Program-made: the position numbers and the translations under genes | Source of the DNA: Eukaryota sp. TZLM1-RC | Lineage: Eukaryota > Protista > Metamonada: BaSk clade | Direction: 5' to 3' | NCBI GenBank assembly: GCA_040285825.1 | Contig: JAUPSS010000010.1 | Span: 804,881-868,880 of the forward strand | DNA length: 64,000 nucleotides | Shown here: one piece after another, positions 47,030-59,621 of the stretch | How positions within the stretch are numbered: the stretch's first letter is position 1 | Layout: every line of letters starts with the position of its first letter | Notes under the pieces: generated by a model | What the model was told of the DNA's origin: nothing | Databases searched by the model: none | Seen by the model: only the letters and a program-made list of their open reading frames with translations

Positions 47030-48718
47030 ATGGAACGTTACTCATCTGAAGCTGATGGCATTACTCTTTCCGCTCTTCGAACCGTGGGAGCCCCAGTCGA
47101 TGACATTGAGTCTGTCAAAGATCTTACATCTACACTTTTCATCCCAATCATTGCACACTGTCTTCCTTTAATCAACCCAGATGTATCTGATCTACCTTCA
47201 TCTCTTCCTGACAGTCTACCAATGACCACCAAGTTTAAGGCATGTACCAAAATGGCCACAACCTTTAAAGAACTCGGCTATATGGGTGATATTGGCTACC
47301 AATCCTTTCTCTACCCATCAGAGAATGACATCCGTTCTATTCTTCGTTGGATCGTTGAGCACCTTCCCCGTTCCTCCTCGCCTTCAGCCGGTCCCTCGAT
47401 GTCTTCCCTCCTCTCCCTGGTTTCGGAATCAGTCCGTTCTTGGTCATCTTCCCCTTCCACCGCCTCTCACTCCCTCCCAGTCGAACCTTACCTCACTGAA
47501 CCTCCTCTCCATCACCTTTCTCCCTCTTGTCTCTCCTCCATTTCTTTGTCGGTTGCCCATCAGCTGACCCTTAGAGAACTTGAAGAAGAACACTTACCAG
47601 TTCCTTCAGGTAAATTCGCCGCAAGGAAGAAGGCTGCTATCAAAGAATTAACCAAAACTTTGGAACAAAAACCAGAAAAACCATCCTCAAAAAAACTGCT
47701 CGACAATCTGATCACGGAGTTGCAGTCAGATTCCCAAGCCAATACGACCATCAACACCTCACGATTCGCACTCGCTTCAGATTTTGCTGTTGATAACACC
47801 AATACCGTGGCAGTTCGTGGGGTTAATGATAACGAAGAAGACATTGAGGAGGAAATAGCCAGCGTACAAGTAGAAGTTGATGAGCTGTCAGAATCGTGCC
47901 AAGTGTTACACGATGCACTAGGACAAGCAGAAGAAGAGCTTGTGACGATTCAGGATGACAAGGAAAGTCTTGAAAAGTCTTTTGAGCGGGCCAAGTTGAT
48001 TGTTTCGATGATTGATGATGTTGATGGAAATGCGGAGAGATTAACAGGAGAGATCAATGACAAGAAGGAGCAATTGAAGGGGTTAAAGGAGAAATCTGGT
48101 GAGGCGATGAAAATTTTGAATGACGAAAAGAGCTCACTTGTCAATGAACGTCAATCAGCTGTAGATACACTTGAAAATTTGGTTACAGATCACAAAGAAA
48201 CCAGGGTTTGTGGTAAGTCTTTAGTAACAGAGGTGCAAACGTTACAGGAACAATTAAAGGCAATTGAAATCAAAATGGAAAAGGCTTCAAATTCAAAATC
48301 TCGAAGTTATTATATCGAGCGAATGAGAGAAGCTCAGAAAAGTGTCAAAAAGCAACGTGACGAGATTCACAAAATTTTGGGTGATGTCCACTTTGTTGAG
48401 AAAGATTTAAAAACTATTCGAACAGGTTTAGAAGCCGAATTTTCCACTTTAGAAGGCATTCTTAAAGGATTCAAGTCTAAAAAAGACCCCAGTTTCATCA
48501 CATTACATAATAACTTTCTATCTGTGCACTCAGCCTTCTTAAAAACAGTAAAATTAATTGAACAAGTTGGTGAATTAACCGCAGAGTTGAGAGAAACTGA
48601 GACTCTGTTGTCGACTGAACAGACAAAGTTATTGGGATTGAATGTAAGCGATATCAAGAGGGATTTGAAGATGATAAAGCAAGAGAATGCTGAATTAAAG
48701 CGTAGTAAGAAAAATTAA
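47030..48718 (+). CDS. CCDC22: Coiled-coil domain-containing protein 22 (Commander/CCC complex)
   Basis: EADGITLSALRTVG...ELGYMGDIGYQSFLYPSENDIRSILRWIVEHLPR matches the CCDC22 N-terminus; long coiled coil with RSYYIERMRE...KKQRDEIHKILGD. Confidence 0.92.
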   Translation: MERYSSEADGITLSALRTVGAPVDDIESVKDLTSTLFIPIIAHCLPLINPDVSDLPSSLPDSLPMTTKFKACTKMATTFKELGYMGDIGYQSFLYPSENDIRSILRWIVEHLPRSSSPSAGPSMSSLLSLVSESVRSWSSSPSTASHSLPVEPYLTEPPLHHLSPSCLSSISLSVAHQLTLRELEEEHLPVPSGKFAARKKAAIKELTKTLEQKPEKPSSKKLLDNLITELQSDSQANTTINTSRFALASDFAVDNTNTVAVRGVNDNEEDIEEEIASVQVEVDELSESCQVLHDALGQAEEELVTIQDDKESLEKSFERAKLIVSMIDDVDGNAERLTGEINDKKEQLKGLKEKSGEAMKILNDEKSSLVNERQSAVDTLENLVTDHKETRVCGKSLVTEVQTLQEQLKAIEIKMEKASNSKSRSYYIERMREAQKSVKKQRDEIHKILGDVHFVEKDLKTIRTGLEAEFSTLEGILKGFKSKKDPSFITLHNNFLSVHSAFLKTVKLIEQVGELTAELRETETLLSTEQTKLLGLNVSDIKRDLKMIKQENAELKRSKKN

Positions 48719-50499
48719 TTAGTGGTTTTGTATATTTATTGGTAGTTATTTATTTCATAAACAAATGTTCTTGTTTTTCCTTCTCCTTTGTTTAGACGAA
48801 CTTCTTGAGTGAGTTACAAATTTGTGGTTGCGAAGCAAGATATTCAGCTCATGCCATACTGGCTATCATTGGTATCATTATGGTATCGAGGTAAAAAGCG
48901 AAAGTAATTGTACATCAAAATTGTCAGTTAGGTCATCCTATGTCAGGTGATCTTGGCCTTTTGAGTAATTTTTATCAACTACTACTTACTCGTTAATCAT
49001 AATGCTGATACATAGTGTATAATAATAACAACAGTGCCTTTGTTAACATTTAAATGGGCTGAAAGAATACCAAATTCTCAAATGAAGCATTCGGGTGGAT
49101 AGGGGTTCCAAGATTCCAAGTCGACTTCATGATGCATTATGTCATATGTGTCTCGCCTAGACTTGAGATTCTTGATAATTATATAGTGGCTTATTGCAGT
49201 AAAACCTTTTTGTTTTCCGAGAAACGGACCTTTGTGGGGTCTTTTCTGCAAGAACAACTCGGAAAATATTTGTTTCGACAGATTCCACATTAACTGTCAT
49301 ATTTGAAACATTGATTGGTACTACTGCAATTATTGAAATTATAGAAAACGTACATCCTATTGAAGGCTTGATCTCTGCGTTTATTCCAGATTTTATCGAC
49401 AATTTCATTAGAGAACCCTTTCTGGTAATAAAGATCTCAGCCAAATTTCAGACTTATCTCCTCTCGTTCTTTTACCACCTTTTTAAGATCAATCAATTTT
49501 CAGCCTAAATGACCGAATCAAGAGATAAGTTACATTAGGGTACATGTCAACATTATAGATGAGCCCACAGCTTGTCATATGTTCACATCACCTTGATTCC
49601 TCAACATTGGAACTTTGCTATGAATGAAATGGTTTGTATTGAAACGAAACCTACTTTGTTCAATGCTGATGCGTGGGCATTGAAGTGATGCGCGGGCAGA
49701 ATACGAATTTTAATTTCACCAAATCATATTTTCCATCTACTTCTTCACCAATGACGACTTTGGAGGATGAGTTTGTATTGCTATAGGCTGACATTAGAAT
49801 GGAAGGACAGCATCACCAAAGTTATCAAGGTCTTCAACAAGAAAAGGAAGAACGCACGAATAAAAGTCCTCGTTCCCTTGGCATAGCTGAATACGTCTTA
49901 TATGGCCTACCTCTTATTGGGTTGATATTTCTGTGGGCAAAAATAGACCACATCGATGAGAATGAGCCCATTGATCCCATTGATGAAATTGATGGTCCAG
50001 CCAGTGGATGTAGAGGATGCTTGCTGGTACTTTGGCAATTTTTTGTTTGTTCATCAATAGTCATGTATTTTGACATCTTTTAGGACTAGGAAACACTGTG
50101 TCTTCACTTGTGAAGTCTGTTCTTCTGAACAAAGTTTTCCCAACATCAGAATAATGAATGCTTTCAACGTATTTTCCTGTGCAATATGATCTGGAAGGCG
50201 AACAATCAAAATAGCAAATTCTTTGAATGGAGAACATAAATTGGCTTTTTTGCTTAATGATTTTTGGTTAAAAGCATTAAATTAATATTACTGGAATAGT
50301 TCTGACTTTGCGTATTTCATCACGATTTTATTATTCTATTATTTATATATTCGACTGAATGATAATAATAATCGGTACACATCAGTTCTTTTGCTCTGTG
50401 ACCGCGCTTGATCTCTGTTTTCTGTTGTTGCAAATGTTGTAGAGATTGGTAAATTGAATTTTCTAGGAAACTTATTAAGCACAATTGGTGTATGTCATT

Positions 50500-51955
50500 C
50501 ATGTCACAATTACTGGGATGTAAAATGTCCCAAATTCCTGTCATGCTTATCTTAGTCCACATTATGGCGGTTTAGGTTGGACAAAAGCCTCAATTCCTAC
50601 TTGACCGAATGATGAATTTAGATATAAAAAAACACATCAAATTTACCATTATAAGACTGTGTTTTAGTTCCAATTTTAATCATATATTTCGATCTACAAA
50701 TCCTCTCGTCACTAGACCTTTGGCTCAGAAGTTTAATGAGTTACGTGCAAAAGTTCTGTCTCAATTGCTGGGATGTAAAATGTTTCAAATTCCAGGCCAT
50801 GCTTACCTTAGTTCACATTATGGCGGTTTAGGGTGGACGAAGGCTTCTATTCTTACCTCGTGTGCTTTTATCGGTGGATGCAGAAATGCAATTTTTGAGT
50901 TTTCTGAAAGATTTGCAGATTGGGAAGATTTATTAATGACAATGACATTAAATGAAGAAATTTCAAAAATCGATGTAGAAAAATGGAAGCAATGCTTTCC
51001 CAAATCACTCATTGGCAATATTACCGAAAAGAATTATTTAAATTTAAAAAACACTCTTCGAACATTACAGAAACGACTGACTGGAATTTATGAAAATGAT
51101 TTTTTATAAAAATATATGCAGCTCGGCTGTTTTAAATCAAGATCTCCACTCATTGTTATTGGAAAAAGGTGTTTGTGAAAATAAGTCATCAGATTCTTCA
51201 CTGTTTGTGATAATTGTACCACGAAGATTGGTACTGTGTGCTAATAATGAAGCGTTTGTAACAAAAATGAGATTATATTTGAATATTCCCATTAATTAAT
51301 TATTATCAAAAGAAAAATATATTTGTTCGACTTCATTTCAGCTCACTTTGCGTCATGCTCTGAATTGTTCGAAATTGATAACTTATCGTTCTTCATTACA
51401 TGATGGTGTTAGAGACACTGTTTTCAATATGGCACGAACTGCAAGAATCTCATGTATCAAAGAGCTTCTGTTGAAAGAAACACTATCATTGGATTGAGAA
51501 TTCTGCAGCTGTTGTTGACTTTGTCTCCTGTATTATTGTAAATGACACTTTGGTTCAAAGAAGAGAACTTAATCCTGTAGATGCTCTTGAATTAAATGCC
51601 AAAGAAAACATAGAAAATATGACAGATATATCGAAGAAGCTAATGCTGATAGAAATAGACCACTTTTTTTTATTGCTTTTTTCATCTTCTATAAACGGAA
51701 GACTATCAGTAGAAGCAGGAACCTTTTTGATTGTTTTTTAAAAAATGGTTCAAGAAAAAACGATGACAAGATTTGATATCTCTTTATGGCACTCTCGAAT
51801 TCATTCAATTTTTAATAGATTGCCTCGGTTTTTCCATCGAATTAGAGAATCTTTAGCGAGACAGCATGCATGCGAAGATTTTGTAATCTTGGTTCAATGA
51901 ATTTCTTCCCATTAGTTATGAGTTTATTTTGTTAAGTGTGGAAATTGAATAAAAG
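50500..51955 (+). mobile_element. CRE-like family A, RT thumb to 3' end, degenerate, preceded by a duplicate ~100-bp segment
   Basis: KHIKFTIIRLC, YGGLGW, HALNC..HDGVRD; 50500-50600 resembles 50757-50855. Confidence 0.85.
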
Positions 51956-51969
51956 TAAGATTTGTGCCA

Positions 51970-52680
51970 TTTTGAAGACAATTGCTCCTGTGCTCTAACA
52001 AGGTCTTCTATTGGTTTCTCACATTTTGAAGTTGTAACTGAATTTAATTTTTACCCTGGTGTTAAGTTATTGTTTTGAAGGTATTTTACAGGATAACTTG
52101 CAAATGTATTCATTTTGTGTTTGGTAAAACTGTTGTGAGATCACAGTGCTGTTCGAATCCAGATTTTATCGACTATTGCAATAAAGTTAGGGGTAAGATG
52201 ATTATCACAGAGACTTCTTAATAGATTCAAGTTCTTCAAAATCGGTGTATATGAAATATTGATGGCTGATTGTCCACTTATTACTATACTTTTTTTATTT
52301 TTTCTGTTTCAAGGAATAATTTACATCCACATGAAGCAGGATGCACTAATGTAATATCTTTATTTCAGGCCTTTATTTGGAGAATCAGGCCACTGCCCAG
52401 TTCTCTTGTTCAAAAAAGCAAAAAAGCCAAAGCTGAGGTTTTCTGTCCAAGAGCAGCATTCCTTATGGGGAAGATGGCCGCATTTGTAAGATTAATCAGT
52501 GGGCAGGCAATGGGATAAATTCTACCTAACGCATCTACTGTGCAAGCAGCCAGCAATACACCACCAAAATCACCAGTTAAGTGTGTTCCATCCAAAGTGA
52601 TCAGAGGCCTACAGAAGCGAATACTATGTAAAGTAGAGTTAAACGAGAGGAATAGGCGTTGAAATCGTGAGGTTTGTGGA
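51970..52680 (-). pseudogene. Mutator (MULE) transposase fragment
   Basis: QRLFLSF...FCRPLITLDGTHLTGDFGGVLLAACTVDALGRIYPIA is the MULE catalytic-domain signature; downstream CDNHL..NF. Confidence 0.8.
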
Positions 52681-52836
52681 CAAGTTTGTAGACGTCATTG
52701 GTAAGAAGTTTACTGGTGGAAGGTTGAATCGGAGAAGGTCCCGTTTTTGCAAATTTATGTTGACAAGAGGTCCTTTTTTGTCAATTTCTCTTGAAAGTAT
52801 TCCTTTTCTTTTCTTTTCTTTTTGTCTTTGTTCTTA

Positions 52837-55800
52837 ATGAGGTTTTCTTCATACCTTTCTACACCTCTTGATGTACCTCGGTTATCTCAAAAAACAGAGT
52901 TATTCCAAGATTCAGAAGCTTTTCTTCTTCTACTCAACTTCATAAAGGTCGATAAATCCTATGCCGATCGATCTATCCATGAACAAATCAACCTCACCTT
53001 TTCTTGGCTATCTTCCCATGTTTTATCTAACATTCCCTCCTCAGATAGACCTTATATCTTTTACTCGTTCCTCAAAACCATCCTTAGTGTTTCCTTTCTT
53101 CCTCACCCCGATATTTCTCACCACATTCACAGCTTTCTTCACCATTCTTTCTCCATTCAACTCGATCCCACTTACTTGTCTTCCCTTACTTCTTTGTGTG
53201 ACCCCATTCTAGCCTTTTTCCATTCCATTCACCATCTCATTTCCCCTCATATAATTCCACTGTTTGCTTCTTATCCTTTGTTACATCATCTATCTCATTC
53301 TCATCTAGATCATCATACACCTAAACCGATAACACAATCAGCTCGGTCAATAATCACCAATCAAGTCAAACAATTTCTGAGTGATTCACCATCGGAAGTT
53401 CTTGATGACGTTATTTCTTCAATTTTCAAGACTTTGGAACAGTCAAATTTAGAGAATATTCAAGACTCTTTATTTTCTTTATTAGGACCAGAAGCTTTTG
53501 ATTTGATGATTTCGATTATATCATTACGGGACCAATTTTTGATGGAAATGGCCAAAGCTCAAGCAACTAGCTCAAAATCTCACGTGATACAAGCCACGCC
53601 ACGTCATGATGACATTGCTGATCACGTTTACAGTACACGAGCCATTGAGTCTTTTTCTTCAGCAACACATCCTGAACGAAGTCTCCGCGCAGGCACCCAG
53701 GTTACTCAGTTCAAGGATTACGAAGAAGTCAAACTTCCTGGTCCAAAAAAGAAATCAAATACAGGGTTAGGGTTAGGGTTAGATAAGCTGAACCCTAATG
53801 TAAGAGGTATTTTTGGCCATATTAAAAAATTCAATCCTGTGCAGACTCAAATTTTTGATTCTTGTTATAATAGTAATGTTAATATGCTGATTTGCGCCCC
53901 CACTGGTATGTTTATTTTTGTCTATTATTTATTGAATTTCATTCATTTGGTTTTGGTTTTGAAATATCAAATTTCAAAGTTCCTATATGGTTCAATTAGT
54001 GAAATTTGTTTTTAAGCTGTTGAAGCTTGTCACAACTCTGCAGATATTTTTAATCAGAACCATTATTTTTTTCTTTTTTTTTCTTTTTTTTCCAGATTAC
54101 TTATCCTAGGTGCAGGGAAAACTAATATTGCTCTACTAGCAATGGCAAAAGAAATCGAAAAACACATGAACTCACAGGGAAATTTAATAAATAAATCTAA
54201 TTGGAAAATCATCTACCTGGCTCCAATGAAGGCTTTGGCCTCTGAAGTTGTTGGGAAAATGAAAACTTCCTTATCCGTGCTGGGTATATCAGCTCTTTTC
54301 TATGTCTCTTATTGCAGGGTTAACAGTTCGAGAAGTCACAGGTGATACTAACTTGACTAGAGAACAGATTGAAGATTGTCAATTAATCGTTGCGACACCT
54401 GAAAAATGGGATGTCATCACGAGGAAATCTCAAGACTCAGTCTTGGTAAGTCAAACTAAATTGATTGTCATTGATGAAATCCATCTTTTGGCAGAAGATC
54501 GGGGTTCTTGCTTAGGTTTGTTTAAGTCTTTTTTTTAATGAAATGGTTTCAGTTTTGATTATTTTAGAGTACTGATTGGGATCATGCAGTAACAGAAAGT
54601 TTTGTTTTATTCTTTGGTGTTAACTTGTATCCGAAAGCAAGTTAAGCTTGTCTTCCAACCTCATTCAGTACCCTACAGTATTATTAATCAACAACTGGTT
54701 CTTTATCCCATTCATTTTTTCAATTCACTCATCTCAGAAGCGTTGGTAGCAAGGACGTTGAGGCTGGTTGAGCTGACACAAGAAGGGATCAGAGTTGTTG
54801 GTTTGTCAGCAACTCTACCAAATTTTCAGGATGTCGCAGAATTTTTGAGAGTTCCATCTTCTGGTGTCTTTTATTTTGACCCTTCTTTTAGACCAGTTCC
54901 GCTCACTCAATATTTCGTAGGTGTGAAGAAACCTATGAAGGGTAAACCACCGACACGTAGGGATCAAGATGACAAGTCTAAAGGAGATCAACAGAAGATC
55001 AAAAAGGTAACTGGTCCAAATATTGGGGATATGCTTAATCTTGCCGTTTTTGATTACGTCAAGAGATCACTATCAGCTCATCAACAAGCAATTGTTTTTG
55101 TTCACTCTCGCAATGACACCGTTAAAACCGCAAATTTTGTACTTTCCGAGTTGAGATCAAATCAGCTCATGGGACTTTTGGATTATGAAAATTCTCACAG
55201 CAGGGAGTTTTCTAAATCTATATCTAAAATTAGAAGCTCTGACGTTGGTCAACTTTGCCAGAATAGGATCGGTATGAAAATTTCAATATGCCACCTTACC
55301 TTCAGGAGCTCACCATGCTGGGTTGTTGAGATCAGATCGACACACTGTTGAAAATTTGTTCTCCAAGGGTGAATTGCGATTAATATTTTGTACATCCACC
55401 CTTGCTTGGGGTGTCAATCTACCTGCACATTGGGTACGTCATGCCACGTCATCACCAATCTAATCAAAGGTAATTATTAAAGGAACTCAGATTTATAGTC
55501 CAGCTAAAGGCGGATTTGCTGATATTTCTATTCTCGACATTCATCAATGTTTTGGTCGGGCAGGAAGACCTGGTGTGTTGTTGCCACGTCATCAGTTTTG
55601 CTAACCATAGGTCTTGATACTTCAGGAGAAGCTGTCCTCATCACTGAACAGCCCCGTGTTGATGATTTTCTGAGGTTAGTTTCAATGAAAAATCCAATTG
55701 AATCTAAATTAATCAAAATGCTGCCAGAGCATCTCAATGCGGAAATAGTTTTGGGTTCTATTTCTAGTATTCGTGAAGCAGTACAATGGTTAAGATTTAC

Positions 55801-58800
55801 CTTTCTCCACGTGCGAATGAAGAAGAATCCCTTGGCATATGGGGTCGATTGGCATGTCCTTGAGAATGACCCTGAGCTGTATACGAGAAGGTTTCAGCTG
55901 ATTGTAGATGCAGCAAGACGGCTTTCTGAATGTAGAATGATTATGTTTAATGAAAGTGCAGAGAGTTTCTCCATCACTGATACTGGGCGAATTGCTAGTC
56001 ATTTTTATTTAAATACCGGGACTATTGAAATTTTAAACGAAAAACTTCGTGATGAGATGTCACTTGGTGAAATTTTGGAAGTCTTGGCAAGTCTTCCTGA
56101 TTTTGAACAAATGCAAGTCCGTGATGATGAGATTCCTGAGTTGGAAAAATTAAGGTCGACTAGTTGTGCAGTTGCAGTTAATAACCCCGTCACTACAGTC
56201 GAAGGCAAAGCAAACGTTCTTATTCAAAGTTGGCTCTCCAATAGACGTCCTATTTCTTTTTCTTTAGTAGCAGATTACAATTATATCTCTCAAAACTTGG
56301 GACGAATAGTTCGGGGAATTTTTGAATTAACTATCCGAAGAGGACTTCCTACCCTATGTTCTGCAATGCTAACATTCTCAATTGCTGTACAATCCCAACT
56401 CTGGCCTTGGTCAAGTCCTCTATGGCAGTTCAATATCCCAAAGGAAATAGTTTATCGACTAGATCAATCAAATTTTGATATTGCTGACCTTTTCGATATG
56501 ACTGATGAGGAAATTGCTGGACTCTGCAGGACTAAGGGAGCTGTTAAAAGCATAAGGAACGCTCTTAATCAATTACCCTATTTACAATTAACTACAAAGC
56601 TACTGCCTCTAACTAATTCCGTTGCCAAATTTACTGTTTCCTATTCTATCAATTTTGATTGGTCACGTGTACATGGAAATTCTCAAAATTATTGGTTGCT
56701 AGTTGAGTCTGAAACGACAAATGAATTGTTATACTCTGAGTATTTAACTGTGAAACGTCAACAGCTCAATAATCTGATTGATTGCACATTTGTGATCCCT
56801 ATTTCTGATCCTCGACCTACACACGTCACCACACGTTTGATTTCTGACTCTTTCCTTGGAGTTGAGAGTCATCATATTTTACCTCTAGTTGATGTCGTTT
56901 TTCCCAGTTCTGAGAGTCATTATACGACATTATTGCCTCTTGTGCCGCTGAAAGTTTCAGTTTTACCTCAAAAATTTCGAAAATTGTTCAAATTTTCTCA
57001 TTTCAACCCTATTCAGACCCAAATTTTCCATACAGCCTACCATACAGATCAGAACATTCTTGTTGGAGCTCCCACTGGTTCAGGTAAGTTTGCATTCTTT
57101 TCTTTTGTTTAACTCAAGGAAAAACTCTAGTTGCTGAGTTGGCAATTCTACGCCTTATAGATATGTTGAAGAGTAATCTTCCCAATCTTGGCAAAGTTGT
57201 GTTTGTTGCACCACTCAAGGCTTTGGTTTTTGAGAGGTTCAATGATTGGAAGGCCAAGTTTAGTTGTTTTGGAAATGTTGTGGCTCTGACGGGAGAGTCG
57301 AATGTAGACAGTTTTGTAATTAATTCTGCTTCCATTGTTATTACCACTCCAGTATGTTTGAATCTAGTTTATTTGATGGTTTTGTATCGCAGATTGTGGT
57401 TTTTTGGGCAATTATTTGGTGTTCCATTACAAATTCCTTTTGGTCTTGTTCGTTGTCTTGTACAATTAAAAGACTCGAACGAACCAGGAATTCACCAAAT
57501 AATTCTTCATTTTTACCACACGTTGAGCATCTTGTTCCATCTTGTTCTCCTTTGAAAGCACTCACCTCAGGAAAAGTTCGATTCCCTTTCCCGTGGATGG
57601 AAGGTTCGAAAGTTTATTAGCCAAATATCTCTGCTCATTATGGATGAAATTCATACATTAGGATCTGAAAGGGGTGCGGTCACTGAAGCTATTGTGCAGC
57701 GAATGAAGATGGTTTCTCAAGAATTCCAAAGACCAATCAGATTTCTGGCCTTATCTACACATTTGGCAAATGTTTCTGACCTATCCACGTGGCTTGACGT
57801 TCCTACTTCGTGTGTTTTCAACTTTCACCCTTCTGTACGTCCTGTTCCAGTTGAGGTTCGCCTGTCCTCTTTCCCTGGACCTCGACATTATTGTCCTAGA
57901 ATGAAAACAATGAACAAACCCATTTATTCATTTTTAAATTCATTACCAAGATTAAAACCAGCGATTGTTTTTGTGTCGTCACGAAGACAGACTCGGTTGA
58001 CGGCTTATGATTTGATCTCTTTTTGTATATCTGATGATGCGACATCACGTTTCATTGGGCAACACGAGTCAAGTCGTGATTTGATTGATTCCGCAATTAT
58101 GAGCGTTTCCGACCCCCACCTCAAGGACACTCTTTCTTTTGGTATAGGTCTCCACCATGCCGGCCTTTCTCATAATGACCGCCATACTGTTGAAAATCTG
58201 TTTTGCAGCGGACATCTCTTACTTCTTGTCTCCACCTCTACCCTAGCATATGGTATCAACACTCCCGCCTTTGCATGTGTCATCAAGGGAACAGAGTTTT
58301 TTGACGCTAAACAAGCGCGGTATGTTCAGTACCCATTGGTTGATGTGTTGCAAATGATTGGTAGAGCTGGAAGACCAGGTTATGATACTGAGGCAGTAGC
58401 AATGGTTATGGTATGTCTTGTTTTTTTGTTTTACCCCAGGTACATGAGCCTGTTCGATTCTTTTATAAGAGGTTCTTATATGAAGCTTTTCCCATAGAGA
58501 GCTCTTTTGCTATCGCCTATATTGAACATTTGAATGCTGAAATTGCAGCTGGAACGGTCCAAACTAAAGCAGAAATGATTCAGTGGATGAAGCAAATGTT
58601 TTGGTACAAACGAATAGTTCAAAATCCTGACTTTTATGACCTTGAGTCACATGATGATGTCGAGAAACACCTTGAAATTATGATTGAATCAGGTATCTCT
58701 TCACTAATTGACGCAAATTGTGCAAATACAATTTCAAAGGATGATTCTCTGTCAATCACTTCGACTGTATATGGTAAAATTGCATGTTTTTATTACGTTT

Positions 58801-59621
58801 CTTATAAATCACTGTCTCTATGGCAGTCGGATCTATCATTTGACCAAGCAGATACGTGTCAGTTGTTGTTTTTGATCTCGTCAAGTCATGAATTTTCTGA
58901 GCTTCCCGTCCGTCATAACGAAGATTTACTGAATCAAGAGCTCAGCAAATCTGTCAGATTCCGTCCTGAATATTTGGATTTTTCATCACCCTTCACCAAG
59001 ACTTTTTTGCTTTTACAATGCTATATAGATTTTATCAAATTACCAATTTCGGATTATGACACTGATTTAAAATTAGTTTTGGATAATGTCATGCGGGTGG
59101 TCAATGCTTTAATTGATTTCTCCTTACACAAAAAGTATCTCTTGCCTACGTTGAAGCTCATCAATCTGTTGCAATCAATCAAATCACGTCATTGGTTTGA
59201 TAAGGTCAATCTGGACATGCTTCATTCAGAGCTGGCTGATAAGTTAGTGTCTATTGGTGTTACTCATTTACCACTAGCTGTCACTGTGATCCACGAAAGT
59301 CCTCAAATTTTGTCTGGAATTTCCCCAAATTTAATGGTCGAATTGTCTAAAATTCCATTATTAAATGTGGAAATTCAAAAGAAAGAGGGAAAAGTCGATG
59401 TCAAAATTTCAAATATTTGTCATTCTGGTAAGGGATCAGGTAAGGATCAAAGTGTCTTCATTTTACTCGGACAAGGTAAGCAATGTTTGGATTTCAAGAA
59501 GTTCAATTTAGGGAGGAAAGAGGTGAGAATTACTTTGACTTTTGATGGTGATTTTGAGCCAGATTTTGTTTATCTTTTACATGATTCGTTTGTTCAAATG
59601 GATCTTCAATATCAAATTTGA
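52837..59621 (+). CDS. ASCC3: ASCC3/Slh1-type tandem Ski2-like helicase; introns 53906-54109, 54284-54317, 54516-54737, 55272-55305, 55434-55469, 55573-55610, 57084-57118, 57352-57570, 58411-58439
   Basis: Splicing restores [39 protein letters not shown] and a second cassette [27 protein letters not shown]; HYCPRM and RHNED favour ASCC3 over Brr2. Confidence 0.9.
53763..53782 (+). repeat. Interstitial telomere-like (TTAGGG)~3 inside ASCC3 exon 1
   Basis: AGGGTTAGGGTTAGGGTTAG encoding GLGLGL. Confidence 0.7.

Noticed and set aside
49752-50083. Small two-helix membrane ORF
   Set aside because: Upstream in-frame ATG is cut by a TAG and no family is recognisable; insufficient support
52837-59621. 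Brr2/SNRNP200 assignment
   Set aside because: Both cassettes keep DEIH and intact motifs, and HYCPRM and LPVRHNED are ASCC3/Slh1-type
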